DNA of 63,956 nt, the filler included, from Olpidium bornovanus S191 (Eukaryota; Fungi; Olpidiomycota): assembly GCA_017911155.1 (NCBI GenBank). It is 28 parts of 28 records of this genome, joined end to end, with 100 filler letters (N's around TTAATTAATTAA, not from the genome) between each part and the next. Parts side by side here need not be neighbours in the genome. Positions count along the whole stretch, not along the records: positions 22,912 to 24,751 come from JAEFCI010007071.1; positions 24,852 to 27,140 come from JAEFCI010000193.1; positions 27,241 to 29,570 come from JAEFCI010003942.1; positions 29,671 to 31,225 come from JAEFCI010006089.1; positions 31,326 to 33,307 come from JAEFCI010008999.1; positions 33,408 to 35,030 come from JAEFCI010001295.1; 22 more parts are not named here. The stretch is one strand, 5' to 3'. The translations under genes and the position numbers were made by a program. The notes beneath the pieces are model-generated. The model was given only the letters and a program-made list of their open reading frames with translations. It had not been told where the DNA came from and ran no database searches. Shown here piece by piece: positions 23,330-35,130 of this stretch (within the stretch, counting starts at the first letter, position 1; each line of letters opens with the position of its first letter).

Positions 23330-23849
23330 GAGCTGCGAACCGATATTTGAACCCCGTCACCATCGCCACGGACCTGGACAGGGCGAGCGAGAACAGGATC
23401 AAGGTCATACCGTTTCGTCCAGGTTCGTCGAAGACGTCAAAGACGTCAACGAGGACGCCCGGGTTGTCCTCGCTAATTCGAGAATAGAGAAGCTGATATC
23501 CGGCATGCTGGTTCCGGTCCTTTACATTCTGAAGAAGAGGTACGCGAATTATCGTCGCCTCGGTCTTCTCGTGCCTCCCTCCATAAGGGAAGCCACCGCG
23601 GATTTCGTCCGAGACAACGACCCCCTTGTGCAGTACCTGTCAAAATTCCAGAGGAGCAGGATAGGCGTCATCCACCTATCCATCCTTTGGGACGGGTACA
23701 AAAATTGGTACACCGAAAACTTCCCGGGATCGAGAGTCTGCAATATCAAAAAATTTCGCGAGTCCCTCAAACGTCAAGATCTGGAGGTGACGCACGAGGG
23801 TCTGAGCGGGTTCGTCAGCGGCATCGTCCTCGGCAAAAAGCTCGCGTGA
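23330..23849 (+). pseudogene. D5-like (SF3) primase-helicase C-terminus, frameshifted, virus-like
   Basis: DLDRASENRIKVIPF, then a frameshift at about 23416, then SRFVED...YANYRRLGLLVPPSIREATADFVRDNDPLVQYL...HLSILWDGYKNWYTEN...IKKFRESL...*. This matches the post-motif-C and winged-helix region of D5/P4-type primase-helicases. No introns. Confidence 0.8.
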
Positions 23850-23850
23850 G

Positions 23851-24204
23851 ATGGATAAGTTTGCCGTGCCCGGATACGAGAGGATAATGGCGAAGGTTTC
23901 TCTCGCCGTCGGCGGGCACTCGAAAACTAAAAAGGACGTCATGGGGCACATCGCGGTGTTGAGCAGCAACATCAGGTCCGGGCTGAACGTGGAGATGTTC
24001 GCGTCGGTGTTCGTGGAGCTGAGGTCTTGTTCGTGGGACGTGTCGAAGGTTGACCGGGAGGAGGTCAGGAGGAGGTACGTTTTGGCAAAAATCCAGAATT
24101 CGCACGCGAGAGAATCCCGTTACGACAAGGACGACTTCGAGTTCGACACGGTGAGGTACTGCCACATAGTCCTGGGTGCCATCCGAAAATCCAGGAGCGC
24201 GTGA
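23851..24204 (+). CDS. Intact intronless 117-aa hypothetical protein, putatively viral
   Basis: ATG lies 1 nt after the D5 stop (TGA-G-ATG). The frame is uninterrupted and its composition is protein-like. Confidence 0.7.
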   Translation: MDKFAVPGYERIMAKVSLAVGGHSKTKKDVMGHIAVLSSNIRSGLNVEMFASVFVELRSCSWDVSKVDREEVRRRYVLAKIQNSHARESRYDKDDFEFDTVRYCHIVLGAIRKSRSA

Positions 24205-24278
24205 TTTTTAAAATTTGTCATATACTGGAGCCCGGGATCGCGCTGTTTTACGCGAGAACATCACAAACACCTCGCGAT

Positions 24279-24751
24279 ATGTCTATCACCATCCTAGACT
24301 ACGCGCCGGCCGGGCAAGTGCTGGATGATATCGAACGGGTTAGTCGGGCGCGCGATCCGGATACCACCACGCTTATGGTCGGACGACACTGAGAAAAAAC
24401 CTCGACGTCGCGAGCGTCACGTACGCGGAGTACGAAAAGTCGAGAAGCTCTGGAAGCAGCTGATCGATTTTAAAGCTTCGTTCTGCGATGCAATTGCCAA
24501 CTAAAACAGAATATTCATGCGAATCGCAATGCAGATCCGAGCAACCGTTCCCGCGCATATGCCGGTCACCCCAGCACTTAAAGCGGCGCACCAACAAGGA
24601 CGGCACGCCATCACGGATCCACGACCTCGTCATGACGGGCCCCAATCAACGGGATTCTTTAATGACGGTCCAGCAAATTGTCGCCCGCTTCGGCTATGGG
24701 AGGCAGAATAAGTACAAGACGAAGGACACCGTCGACGGGGCCGCGGCTAAC
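24279..24751 (+). pseudogene. Third co-oriented ORF of the virus-like block, disrupted, 3' truncated
   Basis: Protein-like pieces in shifting frames: MSITILDYAPAGQVLDDIER..., LRKNLDVASVTYAEYEK, VEKLWKQLIDFKASF, KRRTNKDG...RDSLMTVQQIVARFGYGRQNKYK. Confidence 0.5.
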
Positions 24752-24851
24752 NNNNNNNNNNNNNNNNNNNNNNNNNNNNNNNNNNNNNNNNNNNNTTAAT
24801 TAATTAANNNNNNNNNNNNNNNNNNNNNNNNNNNNNNNNNNNNNNNNNNNN

Positions 24852-26830
24852 CTTTTGGACGTCGTAAACCTGGAAGCTCGTCTTGACTTTCCCCATCGAT
24901 CAAAAATAGTGACCTGTCAGTTAATAAACGCGTCATAACACTATGCCAGGTTGGTGATCGCAGCTTCTCATGCATACCCCTGGCCGCCATTATGCACTCG
25001 CTTGGGTGCATAATTGCATGATCACACCGGAGGGTTTTCCGCAACTCAGCCGGCCCGTAGGCGTGCGGTCCGACCTGTACTCGAGAATACCGGTCAAGGA
25101 TGACGACCTTGGTTTCCCATCGCATAGTGATGAATCTCGATGATTGCATCGATGTGGTTTCTGGATTGAACTCCGAGAGGCGGACGTCGATATCCCTTGT
25201 GATTCCCCGCCCGTCGAGCATGCCGTTTGGGTCAAACTCGCCGACTTCTCCGGCCGTTTCTCCAGACGGCATATGCGTACGAGAACTGGAGGCAAAGCCG
25301 TTCAGCGGCGCCCACCTAGGAGACAACGGCGGCGTGCCTGAGAAAGATTTCTCCCCATTGTGGGCACCGGCCGATGACGTCCGGCGGGGAAACGCCGGAT
25401 TTGGACGGGCCGGCGGACCCCTGCCAACTGTTTCTGTTATCCGGCCAGATGTTGAAGCCAAAGCTTCCTTTTGTGCCGGGAAGGGCGGAATGGAGGCGCC
25501 GGGAAAAGGATAGGAAGGCGGAGAAGGCTGTTCAGAGAAACTGACGTTGCCCCTTCCTTTAATGTCGTAGGGCAGTGTGCTTGCCGAGCCAACAGAACCG
25601 TCAACGCCTTTTGCGGTACTCAAGTCGCCCAGGCTTCTGTCCTTGTTTGCGCTCGCAGCGGACGTCATATAGCCACCCGCATTATCCCGCTTTGCTTGCG
25701 AAACGGAGAGACCGCCGATGCCGTCTTTTCGCGCTGCTCTGGCACTGCCAGGCATCGTCCTGCTGCCGGCACCACGGACCGCCTCGAATCTGCGCGCCAC
25801 ACGCCTAAATCCGTCCAGAAGCTCACCAGCTTCGTTCAATTCAAAAACGAATGTTTGCCCTTCCGACGTCACTAAAGAAAGTCTGGAAAAAGATGGTCCG
25901 AAAGTCAACAGCTATCGATGCTCAAAAAGAAAAAGCCAGCAAATAAATAATACCTCGTGGGACTCTCTTGCACGATGTTTATTATGTCAGTGAATCGCCA
26001 ATGTCCAATAACGATCTATCGTCGCACGACTGCGCCAGTTAGTGCCGTCGAATACGCGACAATGGTCCTAAAAACGTGTCCGAGGATTACCTGGTGCGCA
26101 TCGACGAGAATGAGGCCGTTTGCACCTACGCCAATATGACGAGGTACCCCACCCTCGATTCTGTCACCGTTCGATACGGCGTAGGAGCGCAGTTCAAACG
26201 TCTTAGCCTTGAAACCAAGGAGACGGAGAACTGTCTCGACGTAAGCTACGCGTGGATCTTTCGTCTGCTGGGGCGGTAAAGCGGCATATTCGTCTAGAAC
26301 AAGTAGCATCGGGTTCGTAGCGTTGCCCGCTACGTTTGCCGGCGCTCGATGAGCTGGAGGTAGGCACACCTTGGAACTACGGAGCATCGACGCCCGCGGG
26401 AACAAGAGATCAGCGAAACCGTCGAGGACGTCCAAGGTAGATGTCGTGCAGAAAAAAAAAACTTCGCGCGTCCGCGACGCACACAGATCCGCGGCGCAGG
26501 TTTCGCACACGCCCGCCCGTGACTACAGTTTGGCATTACCGTAGCAGCTCCGCGACGTCGATAGTTTCACGAAACGGGCCCAGATCGGCGCGGCATTGCA
26601 GGGCTGCAATGTGGATGGCCTCCGTCCGACTGCACAGGATACTGCCAGATGTGAACATACGGCGCACTCGGTCGTACGAAGCCAGCAGTTCCGCCTGGAC
26701 CGCATTCATGGCCGAGCCCTTGGACCCGCCCGCGGGCAGGCGTTCTTCGCGGACGAACCACGGCCTGCGAACGGAAAGTCTCCGTCGCACGAGAAGAAGG
26801 CCCTCCCACAGCCGGGAGAGGGGGGAGGAC
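24852..26830 (-). CDS. FERM-domain protein, partial, spliced
   Basis: YDRVRRMFTSGSILCSRTEAIHIAALQCRADLGPF (FERM central lobe), RVAYVETVLRLLGFKAKTF, and HIGVGANGLILVD...FRTIVAYS (PH-like C lobe), followed by a long Ser/Pro-rich exon. Confidence 0.75.
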
Positions 26831-27240
26831 GAGGAGTCCAGGGGTGCAGGCAAGCCGGTAGGGCGGGGCGGGGAACGCCCGTCTGAAAAGCGGCGCTCGA
26901 TGCTGCCTGGGCGACGCTGCGGGCGGCGGGGGGAGCGGTCCCCCGTGGTGGCGGCGGACGGCGCGCGGCGCCCGGCGGTGCTCCCGTCGTTCCTCCTGGC
27001 GGGTTTTTCTCTGCCGGGCCATGGCTGGGTCTCTCGCCCCCCGCCGGCGCGCCCGCCGCCGGTTTCCCTCATTCCCCGCCCACTCCCCCGCCCGACCCCC
27101 GCCCGACACCCTACCGGCCACACCGCACGCGCGCGCACGCNNNNNNNNNNNNNNNNNNNNNNNNNNNNNNNNNNNNNNNNNNNNTTAATTAATTAANNNN
27201 NNNNNNNNNNNNNNNNNNNNNNNNNNNNNNNNNNNNNNNN

Positions 27241-27700
27241 CCGCCTCCGCCGTCGGGGTCGTGCCGGCCGCCTCCGCCGTCGTGGTCGTGCCGGCCCCCG
27301 CCGCCGCCGTCGTGGTCGTGCCGGCCGCCGCCTCCGCCGTCGTGGTCGTGCCGGCCGCCGCCGCCGCCGTCGTGGTCGTGACGGCGGCCGCAGCCCCTGT
27401 CGTGGTCGTGCCGGCCGCCGCCTCCGCCGTCGGGGTCGTGCCGGCCGCCTCCGCCGTCGTAGTCGTGCCGGCCCCCGCCGCCGCCGTCGTGGTCGTGCCG
27501 GCCGCCGCCTCCGCCGTCGTGGTCGTGCCGGCCGCCGCCGCCGCCGTCGTGGTCGTGCCGGCCGCCGCCTCCGCCGTCGTGGACGTTTCGGCCGCCGCAG
27601 CCGTCGTCGGGGTCGTGCCGCCAGCCTCAGCCGTCGTGGTCGTGCCGGCCGCAGCAGCCCCCGTCGTGGTCGTTTCAACCGCCGCCGCCGCCGTCGTCGT
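27241..27700 (-). repeat. Coding minisatellite, 30-nt units (AEAAAGTTTT) with 177-nt higher-order repeat
   Basis: 10-aa units plus a 9-aa AEAAGTTPT variant. The sequence at 27241 recurs at 27418. Confidence 0.93.
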
Positions 27701-29416
27701 GCTGGTTGCTGTTGTCCCCGCATTGGTCGTTAGAGCGTGCACGGTGGTCGTTTCCGCCTGCGCCGCGGTGGTTGTCGCGGCAGCAGCGCCCGTTGTCGTG
27801 GCGTCGGCGCCTGTTGTCGTGGCGTCGGCGGCCGTGGTTGCCGCATAATCGGCCGTCGTCGTTGTCGCGCCGGGGTGCTGCCGGCGGACCAGGACATTCT
27901 TCTCGCGGGGCGCCTCGGCCGGCGGGCGCGGGTGGTGGCGGCGGCGGTCGGCGTCGGCGTCGGCGTCTGCGGCGGCGGCGTAGGCGCGGAGGAGGCGGGC
28001 CTGGCCGGCCCGGCGGTCGGTGGTGACGGAAACGGCGCCGGCGTGGCGGCGGTGCCAGAGCAGCGGCTCCGGGACGGCTTCCAGGCGGCGCCCGGCCAGG
28101 ACGGCGCGCGCGAGGAACTCGTGGCCCTCGTACCCGACGCCGAAGTCCTCGGTGAACCCGCCGGACTCGGCGAAGAAGTCGCGCGAGACGAGGATGCCGC
28201 TGGCGCCGAAGCACTCTTCGAGCCGGCCCAGATCCTTGGCGGCCCCGAGCGGGACGGACCGCCCGATGGCGCCCCGGACGCCGGGCGGCGCGCCGCGCCC
28301 TTCGAACATGTCGTGCCCCGCGGTGACGATCTCCGCGCCGGTCCGCTTCGCGACGCCGACGAGCGTTTCGACCTGCTGCGGCTTCGCGTAGTCGTCATCG
28401 TCCATGAAAAGGATGAAGGACCCCGTGGCGTGCTTCGCTCCGGTGTTGCGCGCCGCGCCGAGGTACCGGTGTTTCTCCCGGAGGACCTTCCATCCGCGGT
28501 TCTCCCACCAGTCCCAGGAAAGGTCTTGGAGGTACTGGACGGAATCGGCGTCGTCCGAGCCGTCGTCGACGAGGATGACCTCGATGTTGTTGAACGTTTG
28601 CTTCTGGATCGACATAATGGCCTGCTTCAGGAAGGTATGCCGGTTGCGGTGGACGAGCACCACGCTGACGAGCGGAATCTCGTCGTCAACGACCGCAGGG
28701 ACTCGAGCGGGCTCCGAAGCGGCGTCGCGGAATACGGCCGCCCACGCCTTCCGGACGTCCTCGCGATTCGAAAGCTTGGCGGCGTCTGGGGCCGAAACGC
28801 CCGAGGTGATTGCTCCCGCTATCAGCTCCGCAAGCGAACCGGCCTGGCCTGACACGAAGTAGGTGGCGACGCCGGCGGATTCGCTGGTGCGGTACAGCGC
28901 GTCGGATGCGATCACCGGCAGCTCGTTGGAGGCGAGCTCGCCGAGAAGGCGTTTCGATCCCTCGTTCGCCGCAGCGAGCACGGCCACGCGCCTCGTGTTG
29001 ACGAACGGAGACAGGTAGCTGATCAGCTCGGGCGTGGTCTGCGGTTCGCCGCGTACGTCCCACGAGATTCCGGCCCAGCGCGCAGAGCGGCCCTCGATGT
29101 ACTTCGCGCTGGGCGCGCCCGCGATCGTGTCTAGCTGACCGACGAAGGTCACTTGGAGAGCGCCGCCCGCGTCGGCGGCCGCGCCGCCCGCGACGAGCCG
29201 GTCGACGGCGTCGCACATGAGGTTGAGGCCGCTCTGCTGGTCGAGCCGCTCGGCGATGAAGACGAACTCAGCCGCCGGGGTCCCCGCGGCGTGAGCGGGC
29301 CGGCGCCGCGGGGACGGCGAAGCGATGGACGGAGCGACGCGCACGGTAGCGCCCTGCGCGATCCACCCGAAGCGGCGGATGCTTTCTTCGACCGCGGCCG
29401 TCGGAACGACGATCAA
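27241..29416 (-). CDS. Glycosyltransferase fusion: GT-B-like segment + GT2 domain + Thr/Ala-rich tail, truncated
   Basis: PLVSVVLVHRNRHTFLKQAIMSIQKQTFNNIEVILVDDGS...YLGAARNTGAKHATGSFILFMDDDD (GT2 with DxD). Upstream EFVFIAERLDQQSGLNLMCDAV...ELASNELPVIASD resembles a GT4 C-terminal Rossmann fold. No intron in over 2.1 kb. Confidence 0.88.
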
Positions 29417-29670
29417 GTCCTGGCGCGCGCGCGGGGCGGGGGTGCGGGAGGGGCGGGGGTGGGGAACAGGTTTGAAACATTAACGACGGGCCTTGCGAAT
29501 CTGCCGTTTGACGGAAAACTTCCACGCGTTGTGACGCGACGCACCGCATACTGGGCGCTTTTCTCGCGCANNNNNNNNNNNNNNNNNNNNNNNNNNNNNN
29601 NNNNNNNNNNNNNNTTAATTAATTAANNNNNNNNNNNNNNNNNNNNNNNNNNNNNNNNNNNNNNNNNNNN

Positions 29671-30806
29671 CATGAAGGACCTTTCCGACCTCTCGGACGG
29701 GGAGATGGTGCACTGGTCCGACCTCGGCGTCGGCGCGACGATCGACGTGATGGGCCGGAAGTTTTTCTTGTGAGGGAAAAAAAAAAAAAACGCGACGCGA
29801 AAAGCCCCCGCCCGATGGCCGCTGACGTCCCGCGCCCTCCCGCGGCCCCCTTCCGCCTCTTTTGTAACTTATTCTCTTCTTTTTCCTATCCCAATCGGGC
29901 ACACACACACACACACACACACACACAACTCGCGCGCGCACACGCAGGCGCTCTTGCGACGAATACACCAAGCAGTTCTTCAAGCAAAACCTCCGCATCG
30001 CCGGCGACCAGTTCGCCCCCGCAAGTTTCCCGCAGTCTGGCGGCGGCGGCGGCGGCGGCGATGCGGATCACGCCGAGAAGCAGCAGCAGCAGCAGCAGCC
30101 GTACCCGCCTTACAACGGCTTTGGGTCGGAGGAGGACTCGCTGGGGTCGTGCAAGTACCTCGTGCTCAAGCCCCCGAAAAAGGATTTCCTCAAGCTGCTC
30201 GAGAACGAGAAGAAGATCCTGCGCTTCCTGGCCGTTCTCGACGAGCCGTCGGCCGGGTCCAGTCCTGCGCGGGCCGGCGCGGGCGGTCCCGCGGAGGACG
30301 CCGACGGCCATTGGTCGGCCGCCGCCGTTGCCGCGAAAGACCGGCCCCCGGCCCCGGTCCGGATGTTCGTGCTCTCCTACTACCTCAGCGACGACACCCT
30401 GAGCCTGTACGAGCCGCCGGCGCGCAACTCGGGGTTCACGGGCGGCAAGTTCCTGGAGCGCTCGCGGTGCCTGAAGCCCGGCCGCACCCCGCAGGACCCC
30501 GCGTACTACGAGGCGCAGGACCTGTACGTCGGGGCCATGCTGATGATCAACAACCACAAGTTCTGGCTGGCGGAGGCGGACGAGGACGCGCTCCGCGTCA
30601 TGGAGGAGCACAGCGAGCGGTTCTGGAGGGCCGACCGGCAGAGGGTCCGCCAGCACTTCGCGGACGCCGCCGCGGGAGATCGGGGCATGTTCGCCGAGCT
30701 CGCCGCGAGGCTGAGGCAGCACGACAAAAACGGAATCGGGTGGGTCGACTCCGACCTCGCGAGGGCTATGCTGGACGAGTACTGCGGATCCATGGTGTCT
30801 CGACAT
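29671..30806 (+). CDS. EFHC1: EFHC1/EFHC2 (Rib72-like) DM10-domain axonemal protein, partial
   Basis: WSDLGVGATIDVMGRKFFL...PPYNGFGSEEDSLGSC...KILRFLAVL...FVLSYYLSDDTLSLYEPPARNSGFTGGKFLER...YYEAQDLYVGAMLMINNHKFWLAEADE. Confidence 0.92.
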
Positions 30807-32065
30807 GTATGAGAGAAGGAAAATAAGGGGGGAGGGGGGGGGCCTCTATTATAAGCCATTGGATTTTCTGTGTTTGCTTTTTTTTTGTGCTCGGCTGAGG
30901 CAGATCGCCTTCCCCCCCGCCGCATCAGGAAATTGTGACTCTCATTCGAAGCTGCCAGGACATCAGGGAAGGAAAGAGGATGTGGAACTACGCCCAAATC
31001 TTTCCAGTCTGACTTAGATTCTGCTGGAGCAGCACACAAAGCCGTTAATGCGGCGCAAAAAAATGTTCTCGAGGAACTTCCTTGATGCAGCTAGAGTCTC
31101 CCCGCATGAAACTTGCGTGGTCCTTCCCCCCCCCCTGCCCCGAGCCGCTTTTTTTCTATGATAACTTTATGCACGCCGTCTCGCCCACATCCCGCCCACC
31201 CTATTTTCGTGTGCTCTCACAATTCNNNNNNNNNNNNNNNNNNNNNNNNNNNNNNNNNNNNNNNNNNNNTTAATTAATTAANNNNNNNNNNNNNNNNNNN
31301 NNNNNNNNNNNNNNNNNNNNNNNNNAAAAAAAAAAAAAAAAAAAAAAAATGCGTGCGCCCGTGGCTGCTGCGATTCTCTTTCCGCTAGTTTTCCACGCCC
31401 TGGCCTTCTCCCTTGTGCGCCCGGGCGCGTGTGTTGCTACCGCTGCTGCTGGACGGGGATCCGCGCCGCCGCTAGTCAGCGCTGCTGTTGCTACTTCCTG
31501 CTGCTGCTGCTGAGCCCGGAGGTTCGCGCTGCTGTTTCCGCGTGCGGTGCGCGCGCTCTCCCGCTGGCACTCGCCGGTTGGGCTGCCGCTGGTGCGCGCC
31601 CGAACGTCCGTCCGAACGTCCTCGTGCGCTCTCAGCTCCCCCTCCTTCCCGCGCCCTCTGCCTCTCTCTGCGTCCCTGCGGCGCCTGCGCGCGGCGGCTG
31701 CCCGCGTCGGGGAAGGGGTGGTGTTTGCCTTTCTTTCTCTGGCCGCGGGGAGGGAGGGCTGGGAGCGTCGTCGGCGACGGCGGGGGGTCTACAACGGCCG
31801 CGGGCAGTGGCAGCCTGTTGGGCTCATGACCTGTTGTTGGCGGTTCGAAAGAGCGCCTTGTTTATTTCTGAGAGGAGGGGGAAGGAAAAGGAATCTGCAT
31901 GATGCAGGGCGGCGCCCAAACGGTCCGGCATCAAAACGCCAAAAATGCGCCAACCCATCGGACACCAGCACACGGCACCGGTTTGGAGCCGCCGTCATCA
32001 ACAAAACGACGGGCCGGAAAAAAAAAAAAAAAAAAAAAAACAAACAACCGACAACAGCCGAAATC

Positions 32066-33169
32066 TCATTTCGATGCCTCTGGTCGTGGGCCGCGGTAGA
32101 ATAGCTCATCAAACTCGGGAGCGAACAATCCGTCCTTGAACTTGAGAAGGTACAACCCTCGGACGGAATGCAGGTAAATCCCGTCGCCTTTTGCCACTGA
32201 AATTCGTGTTTTCCGCGGGAAAAGACAAAAAAAAAAAAAAGGCGCGGGGACGGCTTCAGCAAAGGCGCCTCCAGACGCCGGGCGTTTTCACGGGACAAAC
32301 CAGGCCGACTGTCCCCCGAATTAAAAGCGTGACCGTACGTTGTGCCACATACCGGCAGGGTTGTCGTACGCCTTCATGTGAGTCCACGCGTTGTTGACGC
32401 CGAACGTCTTGGTCGCCGAGGTGGAGAGCAGCGGCACGTTGGCCGTCTGGATGACGAGGCGGTCGGCGCCCGGAAGCAGGGTTATCCGTCGAGCCACCCG
32501 GCCGACATAGAAGCGCATCGCGGACACCATCCCGGTGGCCGCTAGGGTAAAGCCGAGGAAAAGCAGGGCCCGGGTGGTCCTCGAAGCGAGCAAGACCTCC
32601 TTGGTCTCGCTGGAAACGAGAGAATCAACCAAAAAAAGTAGTGCGGCGGCGTCAATACACAAACGAGGAAAATTCCACGGCAAAAAAAAAGAAATCGACG
32701 ACACCGAGAATCAGCAGCGCGCGCAGCAAGCTCTGCGAGGTCCTCACGGATCTTGCTCTTGTGCGTTCAACGCAACCCCTCCCACAGTTAGACTGAAAAA
32801 AAAATAAATAAAAACAACATAAAAATTAAAACGGAACCGTAGGAAGGCAGCGACGTGAGCGCCAGGAAGCGGCACACGCACTGCGAATTTCTCTGAGCGC
32901 AGCAAATCCGGCCGCAAAAGGGCCTCGCCACATCGTTCAAAGCCTCTCTTCACGGACGCTCACCAACAGAATGTCACGAACGCGACGCCGGCCCACGTCC
33001 TCGTCAGCTTCTTGTCGACAGTGCGGTTAACATATATGGGGATCTCCTCGTTGGTGCGCCTCCAAGACCGCAGCAGATGCAGCGTGCTCTTCGGCACGGG
33101 CGGCGCCGCGTCCGCGTCAGTCGCCTGAACGGTAAAGGAGCGCCGCAAGTAGGGCAGCGGCATTCGCAT
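32066..33169 (-). CDS. TMEM223-like mitochondrial inner-membrane protein
   Basis: Presequence-like start, two hydrophobic segments, RFYVGRVARRITLLPGADRLVIQT, and a final exon LYLLKFKDGLFAPEFDELFY...*. Confidence 0.6.
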
Positions 33170-33253
33170 CGTGGAAGCTGCGGGGAAATTTGGCGCCCGG
33201 GGGCCTGGGCTTTCAGAAAGTCGCGGAGGAAAACCCAGAGGTTTGAAAAACAA

Positions 33254-33307
<54 letters not shown>

Positions 33308-33407
33308 NNNNNNNNNNNNNNNNNNNNNNNNNNNNNNNNNNNNNNNNNNNNTTAATTAATTAANNNNNNNNNNNNNNNNNNNNNNNNNNNNNNNNNNNNN
33401 NNNNNNN

Positions 33408-34694
<1,287 letters not shown>

Positions 34695-34886
34695 TCAGGG
34701 CTTCGTGCACGACACCTACATTGCTTCTCTGGTGGTCCCTTATCTCCCTCCGGGGTTGGCGCGCGCCCTTCGGGCCCCCGTCCCGCCTCCTCCCTTCCCC
34801 TTCTTCCCCCCCGGGATCCGCCGCAGGGAGAGTCTGGACGGGGGAGGGGCGGGCCAAAAAGGGGTGGGGCAAAGACCGAAAAAAAG

Positions 34887-34921
<35 letters not shown>

Positions 34922-35130
34922 GTTTTTCCGCTTTTCGTTGAGCTGCATTTTGGGTGGGTGGGGGAGCGGAGCGGGTGGATCCCGTTCCCTTCTCTCTCCA
35001 TCTCTCTCTCTCTCGCGGAAAGAGCGGGGGNNNNNNNNNNNNNNNNNNNNNNNNNNNNNNNNNNNNNNNNNNNNTTAATTAATTAANNNNNNNNNNNNNN
35101 NNNNNNNNNNNNNNNNNNNNNNNNNNNNNN

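Noticed and set aside
27261-28862. Long plus-strand ORFs (VVVVPAAA repeats, 371 aa and others)
   Set aside because: They are antisense shadows of the GC-rich glycosyltransferase gene and its repeat. The same applies to the long overlapping ORFs opposite TTLL4, SEC31 and EFHC1.
29899-29926. (CA)n tract, also (GT)n near 40088 and (CT)n at 63598-63690
   Set aside because: Ordinary intronic or intergenic microsatellites.
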